64,000 nt of DNA from Candidatus Caccopulliclostridium gallistercoris (GTDB taxonomy: Bacteria > Bacillota > Clostridia > Christensenellales > UBA1242): positions 9,402-73,401 of the forward strand of contig DVOJ01000015.1 of the NCBI GenBank assembly GCA_018713725.1, read 5' to 3'. Numbering within the stretch: position 1 is the stretch's first letter; each line of letters opens with the position of its first letter. The notes below the pieces were generated by a model. The model was not told where the DNA came from. It saw nothing but the letters and a program-made list of their open reading frames with translations, and ran no database searches. Shown here piece after piece: positions 44,958 to 53,464 of this stretch. Made by a program: the position numbers and the translations under genes.

Positions 44958-45002
44958 CTGATAAGGTGGGGGTCGGTGGTTCGAGTCCACTCAATCCAAC
45001 CA
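44958..45002 (+). repeat. tRNA-Ile(GAU) 3' fragment = att core copy 2 (IME/chromosome junction)
   Basis: Identical to 32222-32261 over 40 nt, then 1 mismatch, then ACCA. The upstream sequence cannot pair as an anticodon stem. Confidence 0.85.
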
Positions 45003-45030
45003 GACTAGATAGCATAGATTATCTAGGGAA

Positions 45031-45068
45031 AACAGCCTAGCACTTGTGCGTAGGGCTGTTATTTTTTT
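45031..45068 (+). terminator. Intrinsic terminator downstream of the tRNA fragment
   Basis: AACAGCC...GGCTGTT followed by ATTTTTTT. Confidence 0.5.
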
Positions 45069-45199
45069 GAGTGGCTCCAACCATCTCCTTTCCACCTTAT
45101 ACTTGCCTTTCGGCAAGTGCAAAGCTAAAAGCTTTGCTTTAGGCGCGTCCACCCTTGAGCAATCAATCACTTCGTTTCGTTTCAAATAAAAAACTTTAA

Positions 45200-45619
45200 T
45201 TACTTATTATCAAATATTGTTGGCCTGTTGCCCAATCGACCGCTATAATTGTCAATAAAATTTTGGATAACATCTGACGCTTCAAATATATAAAAATAAA
45301 TGCTATTTAATTTATTAGAAATCTTTTCATAATCATTATTATTTGAATGTTCAATAAAAAATACGTGATTAATATAGTTGCGTTTTATTATAACTTTCTT
45401 TAGATCCATGTATAATTTATCATCATAAAACCCTTTATTGTGCAATTTTTCATTTAAAGTGTTTAAAGTTGATATTTCAAGATTTGGAGTTTCAACGCCT
45501 ATAAGAAAGGCATATCGTTTAAATAACTGTTCCAATTCTTGTGAAGCTTTAATTATTTTCCCAACAGCTATATAAATACCATCATAATCTTTGATTTCAA
45601 AAAATTTATTTTTTGCCAT
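45200..45619 (-). CDS. Unknown protein with a HEPN-like RNxxxH motif
   Basis: IKRNYINHVFF. ATG at 45619 with a GGAG RBS is preferred. Confidence 0.25.
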   Translation of the reverse strand: MAKNKFFEIKDYDGIYIAVGKIIKASQELEQLFKRYAFLIGVETPNLEISTLNTLNEKLHNKGFYDDKLYMDLKKVIIKRNYINHVFFIEHSNNNDYEKISNKLNSIYFYIFEASDVIQNFIDNYSGRLGNRPTIFDNK

Positions 45620-45795
45620 ATTATTAGCTCCAAAATTATAAATTTTGCATTTTATAATAGCATATAAAATAGTAAAAATCAAATTTATAGGGGTTAATAA
45701 AAAAATTAGAACAAGATGTATGTTGCCCCAAATTTACAATATATTGACAGCTTTTATTTTTTGTGCTACTATAATAATAATTATTGGAGGCTAAT

Positions 45796-47205
45796 ATGTT
45801 TAAATATTTACCTACAAAAGATGAACTTTTGCCTATAACTAACGAGAATTCCACCTTTTACGAATGCGGTTTTAATGTCCCCTTTGACGACTTACCTTTT
45901 ATTAAAAAATTGCAAATTATTAATGATGTTATAAGGCAAACACTCATACCAAATGGTAGCCCAAACCCAAATACAGAACAAGAAACACTAATTGGGAATT
46001 GCCAGACCGCCGCTATTGTTAGTATAGAATACCTGAAAAGTTTAGGAATTGGAAAAAATCATAGGATGGTTTTTTGCCAGAGGCGCCCATATGACCCTCC
46101 AGATGTTAGAACTACGCATGCTGCAGTACTCGTTGACGACAATGATGGAAACACATATTTTTTTGACGCAACTCCGTATGTAGCATCAAATTATGGAAAA
46201 GTTTTAGAGAATACTAAATTTTATGAACATGTTGAAATAATTAATGGCGAAAAATTTGATTTACTATTTTTTTTAAAAGAATTAAAATATAAAGGCGATT
46301 ACAATTTGTTAGAACAAAAAGATATCCCTTTTTATGTAGAAATTTTATCTGAAAGTTTAAAATATCCAATTTTTCAAGGATATATTTCAAAGGGATATGA
46401 AATTCTTTCTAAATTTTTAGACAATAAATCTGATAGCGATAAATTTGTGAAAGAAGCTATAAAGGCAAATCCATATTCAAAATTAAATCCTGAACGAGCT
46501 CCATTAATAAAAAATAGAAATTTACTTATGCAAAAACAAATAGCTATTTGGAGAGAAGAACTTACTGACCTTTTAAGGTCTAACACAAATTTTAAAAGAC
46601 AACTTGAACTTGCCCAAAACATATACCAAGAATTAAAGGTTATGGATAATAGTTTAGAAATTAACGTTCCTTTATTTGGTAAAAATTATAAAATGACACA
46701 TATGACACCTAAATTCTTTAAAGATTATGGTTTAAACACAATAATGATTAAACCATCTGCATATTATGCTGGCGTTAGTGCAACTATAAGAGAAAGATTT
46801 TTACATAGAGGACACGGTGCATTATATGAATACAGCACAAATTTAACAGCTCCTACCCCCATCTGCAAAATTCTACCAATGCTGTTTTCTCACACCTTAG
46901 GTGATAAATACGTTAGAGCTATGAATGGAAAATCTACGATAATTTTATTGCAAGAAAAAGCAAATGTATTATATAAAAAGAAAAAAGAACTTAGAAACGA
47001 ACTGTGTAAAAATATGTGGAACAGAAATATAAAATGGAGTGACGGCGAAGATATATATTGGCACAAGTCTACTACGAACTTAATTCATTCCACAGATTCT
47101 CCTAGTGAAGCTTCTATGCATTTTATGATGGGTTATCCAGAACAACAAATTATGACTAGGTTTATGTACCCCAACCCAAAACTTGAAGAAGAATTAGAAA
47201 AATAA
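45796..47205 (+). CDS. Transglutaminase-like cysteine peptidase-fold protein
   Basis: Cys-His-Asp pattern GNCQTAAIV...THAAVLVDD...FFDATP. ATG at 45796 follows a GGAGG. Confidence 0.5.
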   Translation: MFKYLPTKDELLPITNENSTFYECGFNVPFDDLPFIKKLQIINDVIRQTLIPNGSPNPNTEQETLIGNCQTAAIVSIEYLKSLGIGKNHRMVFCQRRPYDPPDVRTTHAAVLVDDNDGNTYFFDATPYVASNYGKVLENTKFYEHVEIINGEKFDLLFFLKELKYKGDYNLLEQKDIPFYVEILSESLKYPIFQGYISKGYEILSKFLDNKSDSDKFVKEAIKANPYSKLNPERAPLIKNRNLLMQKQIAIWREELTDLLRSNTNFKRQLELAQNIYQELKVMDNSLEINVPLFGKNYKMTHMTPKFFKDYGLNTIMIKPSAYYAGVSATIRERFLHRGHGALYEYSTNLTAPTPICKILPMLFSHTLGDKYVRAMNGKSTIILLQEKANVLYKKKKELRNELCKNMWNRNIKWSDGEDIYWHKSTTNLIHSTDSPSEASMHFMMGYPEQQIMTRFMYPNPKLEEELEK

Positions 47206-47230
47206 AAAACCTTATTTAAAAAATAAGGTT

Positions 47231-47707
47231 TTATTTTGTTTCTAACGACATAATTTCTTTATACACGTCTTCCACTTCGCTTTCGTTGCCTTCAATTGCA
47301 ACAACCTGCATTTTAGGAGAGGTATAATCGTCTATTTCAAATTTTACCCCACCTTTTTGATAAACATATCTAGTTCTAAAATTATTTGCCGCTTCATAAA
47401 ACTCTAACACGTTCAATATAGAATTTATAATTTCTAAATTGTCATCACTTACTAACATAGGCAAGCTTTCATTTGATATGTTTAGCGATTTTAGTTTTTC
47501 TCCAACATTTTTACAATCAAAAACTGTTTCTTTTATACCATTTTTTTCTTCAGTTGTAAGCCTTGCAATTATATGGTCACTGTTTTTATTTTCATATACT
47601 TTTCTATTTTGTTTTACTACTTCAATTTTCTCATAACCACAATCTTTACAATAATTTATATAAGGTTCTATTGATTTTACCTTAAAACTATATTCATATT
47701 CTTTCAT
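47231..47707 (-). CDS. CYTH-like domain protein
   Basis: N-terminal EYEYSFKV (ExExK-like) and C-terminal VKFEIDDY...VVAIEG resemble CyaB/ThTPase CYTH domains. Confidence 0.45.
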   Translation of the reverse strand: MKEYEYSFKVKSIEPYINYCKDCGYEKIEVVKQNRKVYENKNSDHIIARLTTEEKNGIKETVFDCKNVGEKLKSLNISNESLPMLVSDDNLEIINSILNVLEFYEAANNFRTRYVYQKGGVKFEIDDYTSPKMQVVAIEGNESEVEDVYKEIMSLETK

Positions 47708-47754
47708 ATCATTCTCCTATTAAGGATAATATATCATTTTAAAGTTTTTAGCAA

Positions 47755-49005
47755 CTAATTATTAGCTAAATTTAAAAGGTTATTTAAAAAATTTTTTAAA
47801 TTTTTATAAAAATCATAGTCTTTTTTTAATCTTTCCATAGAATTTTTATTAATTTTTCTTATTGTTTCATAATCAAAATTTTTACTAATTTTATCAGCCG
47901 CTTCTTGCAAATTATCTAAATTTACAAGTAGACCATCTTGCCCATCACAGACTTGTTCATTTAAACCATCTATATCATTTGCAACAAGCAAAATATTATC
48001 TTTGTTAAACCTTCTAATTTCGTTTAAAACTAATCCCGCAATTTCTTTTTTAGATGGTACGACAAGTAATATTTTATTCAAGTAATTTTTAATAATGTAT
48101 TGAGGAAAATGAAATGGCGCATTTACATAAAGATTGGTATTAGTTTTCTTTGCAAGTTCACGTAAAAAATTTACATAAGGCATGTTTTCATAATATTCCT
48201 GCGTTATAATAACAGCCCTCATATTTAATAACTCTGCAAGACGTATTGATGCATCTAAATTTTTATATTCTTCAGGTCTAGCAAATGACAATAAAATATC
48301 TCCATTTTTATCCAGCTTTTCAAACAATCTTTTTGTTTCTTCCGTTTCTTCATAAATAGTTTCTTGAAACAAAGTTTCACCATTAAATAAATCTAGAGCC
48401 TTCTCTTCTAATAAATTATATTCAATAATTAAATGATGTTTTATAAATTTTCCAACAACTCCAACAAAGCAATTTTCAGTATTATTGATAAAATTTATAG
48501 TTTTTAATTCCCAGTCTATTCTTTTTAAAACGTTTTCATCGTTAATTTTTGATTGATGTATTTTAGCAGTAGAATGTGGTATCCACACTTTGATATGGTT
48601 TTGGCAGTTTTTCGTTGAACATACAACTCCTGCAAAGGGTGTATCATTAGCAAGTGTAATAACATAGTCGTAGTTCTGAAAGTTTATGTTATTTATAATA
48701 TTAGAAACGTTTTTGCAAAGTGTTTGCCAATTATTTAAACTTCCAAAAAATTTTTTGCCATTTGACCCGTTTGCAAGTTCATATATTGTTACACTTTCCA
48801 ACTTACTGTTCGCTTTTTTTGTGTTTTTAGAAAAACCAAAGCCATCTTCATTATATTCTGGTGTAAACAAATTTAAATGATAATCTAATTTATATTCCTT
48901 AAAAAATTTTAATAAAGAAGAAATATATCTTTTAACCATAGTCCCCACCCCAGAGTTATGGCTAACTATACCATCTTGTGCACATAAGTTAATTAATAAC
49001 TTCAT
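47755..49005 (-). CDS. GT-B glycosyltransferase (GT4-like)
   Basis: C-terminal PSKKEIAGLVLNEI...DGLNEQVCDGQDGLLV (EX7E-type region). Confidence 0.6.
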   Translation of the reverse strand: MKLLINLCAQDGIVSHNSGVGTMVKRYISSLLKFFKEYKLDYHLNLFTPEYNEDGFGFSKNTKKANSKLESVTIYELANGSNGKKFFGSLNNWQTLCKNVSNIINNINFQNYDYVITLANDTPFAGVVCSTKNCQNHIKVWIPHSTAKIHQSKINDENVLKRIDWELKTINFINNTENCFVGVVGKFIKHHLIIEYNLLEEKALDLFNGETLFQETIYEETEETKRLFEKLDKNGDILLSFARPEEYKNLDASIRLAELLNMRAVIITQEYYENMPYVNFLRELAKKTNTNLYVNAPFHFPQYIIKNYLNKILLVVPSKKEIAGLVLNEIRRFNKDNILLVANDIDGLNEQVCDGQDGLLVNLDNLQEAADKISKNFDYETIRKINKNSMERLKKDYDFYKNLKNFLNNLLNLANN

Positions 49006-49519
49006 CTATAACCTCATCTATATTTGTTTTAAAATAATTTTTGATTACATAATTCACACAATATTTTTTAATATTAAATATGCTTATACTTTCTAATAAC
49101 TTTTGATTTTCTACAGAACTATATGGGCTTGAAACATCATTGGAAGTTATAGTAAAATTAGTTTGATTGTTAGTTAAATATACAACCTTACTTTTACGTA
49201 AAATTTCAAGCTTATTGAAAAACCATATTTCTGCTTTTTTTAAATCAAAATTTGGATTTATAATTTTTTTTGTTTGACTATATGAAATTGAACTTATTGG
49301 GCCTCTATCTATAATAATAGTACCATCATTATATAAATTTAATTTTTGCTCTTCATTAAGAATAAATTCTTCTTCTGTTAAAATTCCTTTTTTTAAGATT
49401 TTTGGATTTATTATTTCGTCCACAAAATAGACATTATCTAAATTTTTATTTTTTATTATATTTAATAACGTCGTTTTTCCAACCCCAGGCAAACCTTCTA
49501 AAAATATTATTTTTTTCAT
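48989..49519 (-). CDS. P-loop kinase (dNK/NMP-kinase-like)
   Basis: Walker A GLPGVGKTT at the N-terminus, 176 aa. Confidence 0.55.
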   Translation of the reverse strand: MKKIIFLEGLPGVGKTTLLNIIKNKNLDNVYFVDEIINPKILKKGILTEEEFILNEEQKLNLYNDGTIIIDRGPISSISYSQTKKIINPNFDLKKAEIWFFNKLEILRKSKVVYLTNNQTNFTITSNDVSSPYSSVENQKLLESISIFNIKKYCVNYVIKNYFKTNIDEVIDEVIN

Positions 49520-49521
49520 AA

Positions 49522-50019
49522 TTAAACCCTTTTTAAATATAAACTTCTAACACCACGCTTTAAAATAAATTCATCAATTTTTTTATATCCTTTTTTTATA
49601 AAATTATTTATGCTATAACTATTGTTAGGAGCAATAGTGGTTAAAACATAATTATATCCTTTCTCTTTGCAAAATTTATCTAATTCATCTAACATTTGTG
49701 CTTGCAAACCATAGCCAATATATTTATTGTTAACCATTATCGGTCCACACTCTCCAACTTCTGCTTTATTATATGGCAAATTAAATAGTTTTAAAGTTTG
49801 TTCGTCGGACGGGATAAACATCATACTGCAAACAATTTCATCATTTAAATAATAAACACAAATTTTACCGCCCATATTTAAAATATTAATTAATTTTTCT
49901 TCATTAAAATTTCCAAGCCAAGAAGGGTCTTTCATATTAGCTTTTACATAGTTATAGAAGTTTAAATATTCTTCCAAGTTAATATTGTTATCTTTAAGTG
50001 TTAAATCTTTTATATTCAT
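49522..50019 (-). CDS. GNAT acetyltransferase
   Basis: IGYGLQAQMLDEL motif-A-like, 165 aa. Confidence 0.6.
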   Translation of the reverse strand: MNIKDLTLKDNNINLEEYLNFYNYVKANMKDPSWLGNFNEEKLINILNMGGKICVYYLNDEIVCSMMFIPSDEQTLKLFNLPYNKAEVGECGPIMVNNKYIGYGLQAQMLDELDKFCKEKGYNYVLTTIAPNNSYSINNFIKKGYKKIDEFILKRGVRSLYLKRV

Positions 50020-50026
50020 ATTTCTC

Positions 50027-51193
50027 CTAACGAATTAAATCTTTTGAATCAGCATAAGGAATTTCTTTATCAGTAATGCCGTATGGATTTTTTAACATTT
50101 TTTCCCATACTTCTTTGTATATATCCTCATCAAAATGTTCGGTTAATTTATCTAAATCGCGCTTGGGCAACAAATGCAATGGATCAATTGTATTGTTTTT
50201 ACCAGAATGATCTATATTATATTTTCTAACTTCAAAGTGAAGATGAGGAACTCGCGCTCCCCCTGAACAACCGCTAAGCCCAATAACATCACTTTCCTTT
50301 ACAAAAACGCCCTCTTTTACTAATGGTTGCCTAAGATGAGCATACAGTTCTTTTCTTCCATAATTATCAACTGTTTCTACCATGTTCCCGTAACGTTCAT
50401 TCCATTTTGATTGTCCTGATAAAATACGTTCATCTAACCCAGAATAAGTAACAACGCCACCTATTGAAGCTTTTACCGGAGTTAAAGTACGAGCAACAAT
50501 ATCAAAACCGGAATGAAATTTTGCTTTACCCAAAATCATATGTATAGGCCTTAATCCGTATTTATCATGAGCGGTTACTATATATCTAGGCTCTATTGGC
50601 CAATTGTAATCTTCAATAATTTCTTTACCTTTATCTACATTGTAGCCCAAAACGTCTGCAATTAATTGTTCTACTTTATCCAAAGCATTTTTCTTGCAAT
50701 AATAAAGATTATGTTTTTTTGCAAGTTCTATTAATGGATTAAATTTAGTGCGATATAAGCCATCTAAATTTGAAAGAAAGTTTTCCAAATTTATTTCATA
50801 CATACTTTTTAAAGATAAATTTCTATATAAAAGTTCCTTAGTGCAGTCTACAAACAAAAATTTATGTTTAAAATTATTTGTTCTAAATGAAATCTCTTTT
50901 ACTTGATTATAAGATAGGTTACCTGTTATTATAACGTTATTAATATAATTTTCCACAACTTCAAGCCTTGCTTTTAACTCGCTTAAAAGCATTTGAGAAA
51001 TTTCAGTTTCTGAAAACTGGCTTAGCCAAGTGTTAAAATCTTGCCCACTCTGGCATTTATAATGTTTCCTATGTAAATACATATTAACATCCAAAACCAG
51101 AAGGTCACGTATTTTGTATTCATCTATAAGTTTTCTACAAGCTTCATATTTACCTACGCCATCAGGGCCAATAATAAATAAAAGATTTTTCAT
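50027..51193 (-). CDS. P-loop-like N-domain fused to an M23 (LytM) metallopeptidase domain, no signal peptide
   Basis: GPDGVGKY (degenerate Walker A). M23 motifs HSGFD, YAHL and PHLHFEV. Confidence 0.7.
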   Translation of the reverse strand: MKNLLFIIGPDGVGKYEACRKLIDEYKIRDLLVLDVNMYLHRKHYKCQSGQDFNTWLSQFSETEISQMLLSELKARLEVVENYINNVIITGNLSYNQVKEISFRTNNFKHKFLFVDCTKELLYRNLSLKSMYEINLENFLSNLDGLYRTKFNPLIELAKKHNLYYCKKNALDKVEQLIADVLGYNVDKGKEIIEDYNWPIEPRYIVTAHDKYGLRPIHMILGKAKFHSGFDIVARTLTPVKASIGGVVTYSGLDERILSGQSKWNERYGNMVETVDNYGRKELYAHLRQPLVKEGVFVKESDVIGLSGCSGGARVPHLHFEVRKYNIDHSGKNNTIDPLHLLPKRDLDKLTEHFDEDIYKEVWEKMLKNPYGITDKEIPYADSKDLIR

Positions 51194-51203
51194 ATTACCC
51201 CCA

Positions 51204-52364
51204 CTAATATTTCAACTTGTTAAATGTTGAATAAAGGAAATTTAAATAATCTATTACCTCTTCATTTTTGATTATAGCATTATTTGCTATTCTTTTGCAA
51301 TAGTTACATTTATCGCACATCCCAGAGCAGCCGTCTTGAACAAAAAAATTTATAAAATTTTGTGGTATTTTTTTATTATCTATAAATATATGCCTTTCCG
51401 CTTCTCTAGCTCTACCTATACCTCTAACCCTTTTAATCTCATCTACTACTTCACTTCTAGCAGAAAAATCATTTCTTTTTTTTAGGTTTAAGTTTCCTTT
51501 AATATAGGCGCCAGAACATTGTATTAAATCTAATAAATTGCCATCAAAACTTCTTTCTGTATACACCTTTACTCTTTTTACAAGTTCTTCTGTGGGGAAA
51601 TCTCGTTCCGTAATTTTAAAATGCTGTATGCCTATAGATTCATAGACTTTAATATCTTCTGGTCTTATCCATGGGCTTTTAATGTATTCATGCAAATTAT
51701 TTAACTGATATTCCTGGCAAAAATTTAACCCCCAATCTTCATAAGGTTGTCTTTTAGACATGCTATTAGATGCATGGGCTATATCATTTACATGAGTATG
51801 TATCATAGCACAATCTTTTAAACAACTATTAGTGCATAACAACTCTAATTTGCAATGTAAGTTCTTTACCATATATTCAAGCATTTTAAAATTTCTGTTG
51901 AGCTTACAGAAGTCTACACAAATAATATCTGCACCAAACTCTTGCCAAAATTTCGCCTTTTCATAGTTATCAACGCAAGCAAAACTGCTAACTCTAATTA
52001 TGAAATCATTTTTAAAATATTTTTTAATAAGTTCTAACAGATAAGGGTTGGTTACAGTAAGAGCGTTCACACCCACACTTTTTAAATATTCTAAAAACTT
52101 AACAACATTCTTTACCCAATTTATATTCTGATTTAAATTTTCAAGACATGCAGAATTTAAAAGATAATTAAAATTTATGCCTGTATCTCTAACCTTTTTA
52201 ACATGTTTTTCAAAATTTTTTATATGCAGTTCATTTAAATAGTTAGACGGCCTACCGCCACCTATTATATCTACATTCAATTTGCCATAAACTTCATAAA
52301 TATTGTAGGCCTTAATTTTATCTATTAAAGCATCATCAAAATTGGTAGCAAGAGATATTTTCAT
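51204..52364 (-). CDS. U32-peptidase-like protein with Cys clusters
   Basis: ELLCTNSCLKDC and a C-terminal CSGMCDKCNYC. Assigned to U32 from memory of archaeal/clostridial members. Confidence 0.35.
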   Translation of the reverse strand: MKISLATNFDDALIDKIKAYNIYEVYGKLNVDIIGGGRPSNYLNELHIKNFEKHVKKVRDTGINFNYLLNSACLENLNQNINWVKNVVKFLEYLKSVGVNALTVTNPYLLELIKKYFKNDFIIRVSSFACVDNYEKAKFWQEFGADIICVDFCKLNRNFKMLEYMVKNLHCKLELLCTNSCLKDCAMIHTHVNDIAHASNSMSKRQPYEDWGLNFCQEYQLNNLHEYIKSPWIRPEDIKVYESIGIQHFKITERDFPTEELVKRVKVYTERSFDGNLLDLIQCSGAYIKGNLNLKKRNDFSARSEVVDEIKRVRGIGRAREAERHIFIDNKKIPQNFINFFVQDGCSGMCDKCNYCKRIANNAIIKNEEVIDYLNFLYSTFNKLKY

Positions 52365-53464
52365 AATATTTTCCCACCTGTAATTAAATTTTTTAAAGTT
52401 GCTATAAATTTTTTATTTGTAACACTATCTTGAATAGCTATTCTAACATGTATTCTATTAGTTTCGTCATAAACAGGAACAACGGATATTTCACTATCAT
52501 ATAAAGCTTTTAAAAATATATCGTTAAATGTATTTTTAGTAAAAAGAATATTTGAATAACTGGTGTAAGTATGTATATTTAATTTTTGAAGTTCATTTTT
52601 TAGCCACTCTCTTTCTTTTAAGATTAATTTAACGTTTTCTTTATAAAGATTTTTTTCTATTAAAAATTCTGCCATTTTACAAGAAAATATTGAGACATCA
52701 TATCCAGCTATGTTTTCTTTATATTTATTTGCAAATTTTTTAGAGCTAAGCATATATCCTATTCTTAATCCCGACAGGCCATAGGCTTTAGAAAATGACC
52801 TTAAAATAATTACATTGTTTGGTAAACTATACTCTATTAAAGATTTTTTATTTGTAAATTCAATGCCAGACTCGTCTATAACAATTAAAATTTTTTTACT
52901 TATTTTGTTTATATAAGATAGTAAAACGTCCGAATCTACAAAATCTCCAGTGGGGGTATTGGGGTTGGAAATATATATCATTCTAGTATTCTTATCCACA
53001 CTTTTCAAAAGTTTTTGGAAGTCTATATGATTATCATCCATAAACACTCTTTTAGTAAAACAATTCATAGCTGAAACAGCATATTCAACTTGATTAAAAG
53101 TGTAGAAAGGCGTAACCAAGTTTCCCCCTTTTATGAACGTTAATTTAACAAGATTTTGTATAATTCCATTAGCACCGCTACCCAATGTAATTTCTAAACT
53201 CGTATTTAACTTTTTCTTAATTATATTTTGTAAACTGGAAATTTGGTTATGAGTTGGATACTCGTCAAACTTTATTTCATCTAACATTTTAGGGAAATTA
53301 CACAAACACTTACCTGATAGCATCATATTTATCTTTCTTTCTGGTATATTAGAATAATCATCGTTAAAATCCCTTTTAGAAAAAATATAGCATTTATTTT
53401 TCAAAACAGACTGTGTAAACATTTCTTTTCCCCGTTTGAACATTTGTGATATGTTCATCAACAT
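52361..53464 (-). CDS. Class I/II PLP aminotransferase (HisC/CobD-like)
   Basis: SFSKAYGLSGLRIGY lysine motif. The true start is probably an internal Met (53443 or 53422), because the ORF overlaps the upstream gene. Confidence 0.8.
   Translation of the reverse strand: MLMNISQMFKRGKEMFTQSVLKNKCYIFSKRDFNDDYSNIPERKINMMLSGKCLCNFPKMLDEIKFDEYPTHNQISSLQNIIKKKLNTSLEITLGSGANGIIQNLVKLTFIKGGNLVTPFYTFNQVEYAVSAMNCFTKRVFMDDNHIDFQKLLKSVDKNTRMIYISNPNTPTGDFVDSDVLLSYINKISKKILIVIDESGIEFTNKKSLIEYSLPNNVIILRSFSKAYGLSGLRIGYMLSSKKFANKYKENIAGYDVSIFSCKMAEFLIEKNLYKENVKLILKEREWLKNELQKLNIHTYTSYSNILFTKNTFNDIFLKALYDSEISVVPVYDETNRIHVRIAIQDSVTNKKFIATLKNLITGGKIL

Larger units (their letters stand above)
32222..45002. mobile_element. 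Integrative mobilizable element (IME), ~12.8 kb
   Basis: Bounded by the two tRNA-Ile fragment repeats. Has int+xis and relaxase+partner but no T4SS or T4CP. Arm-type motif clusters lie inside both ends. Confidence 0.7.

Noticed and set aside
44843-45185. ORFs 44843..45040 (+) and 44991..45185 (-) across the att site
   Set aside because: They run through the arm-site cluster, the tRNA fragment and a terminator, and there is no RBS.
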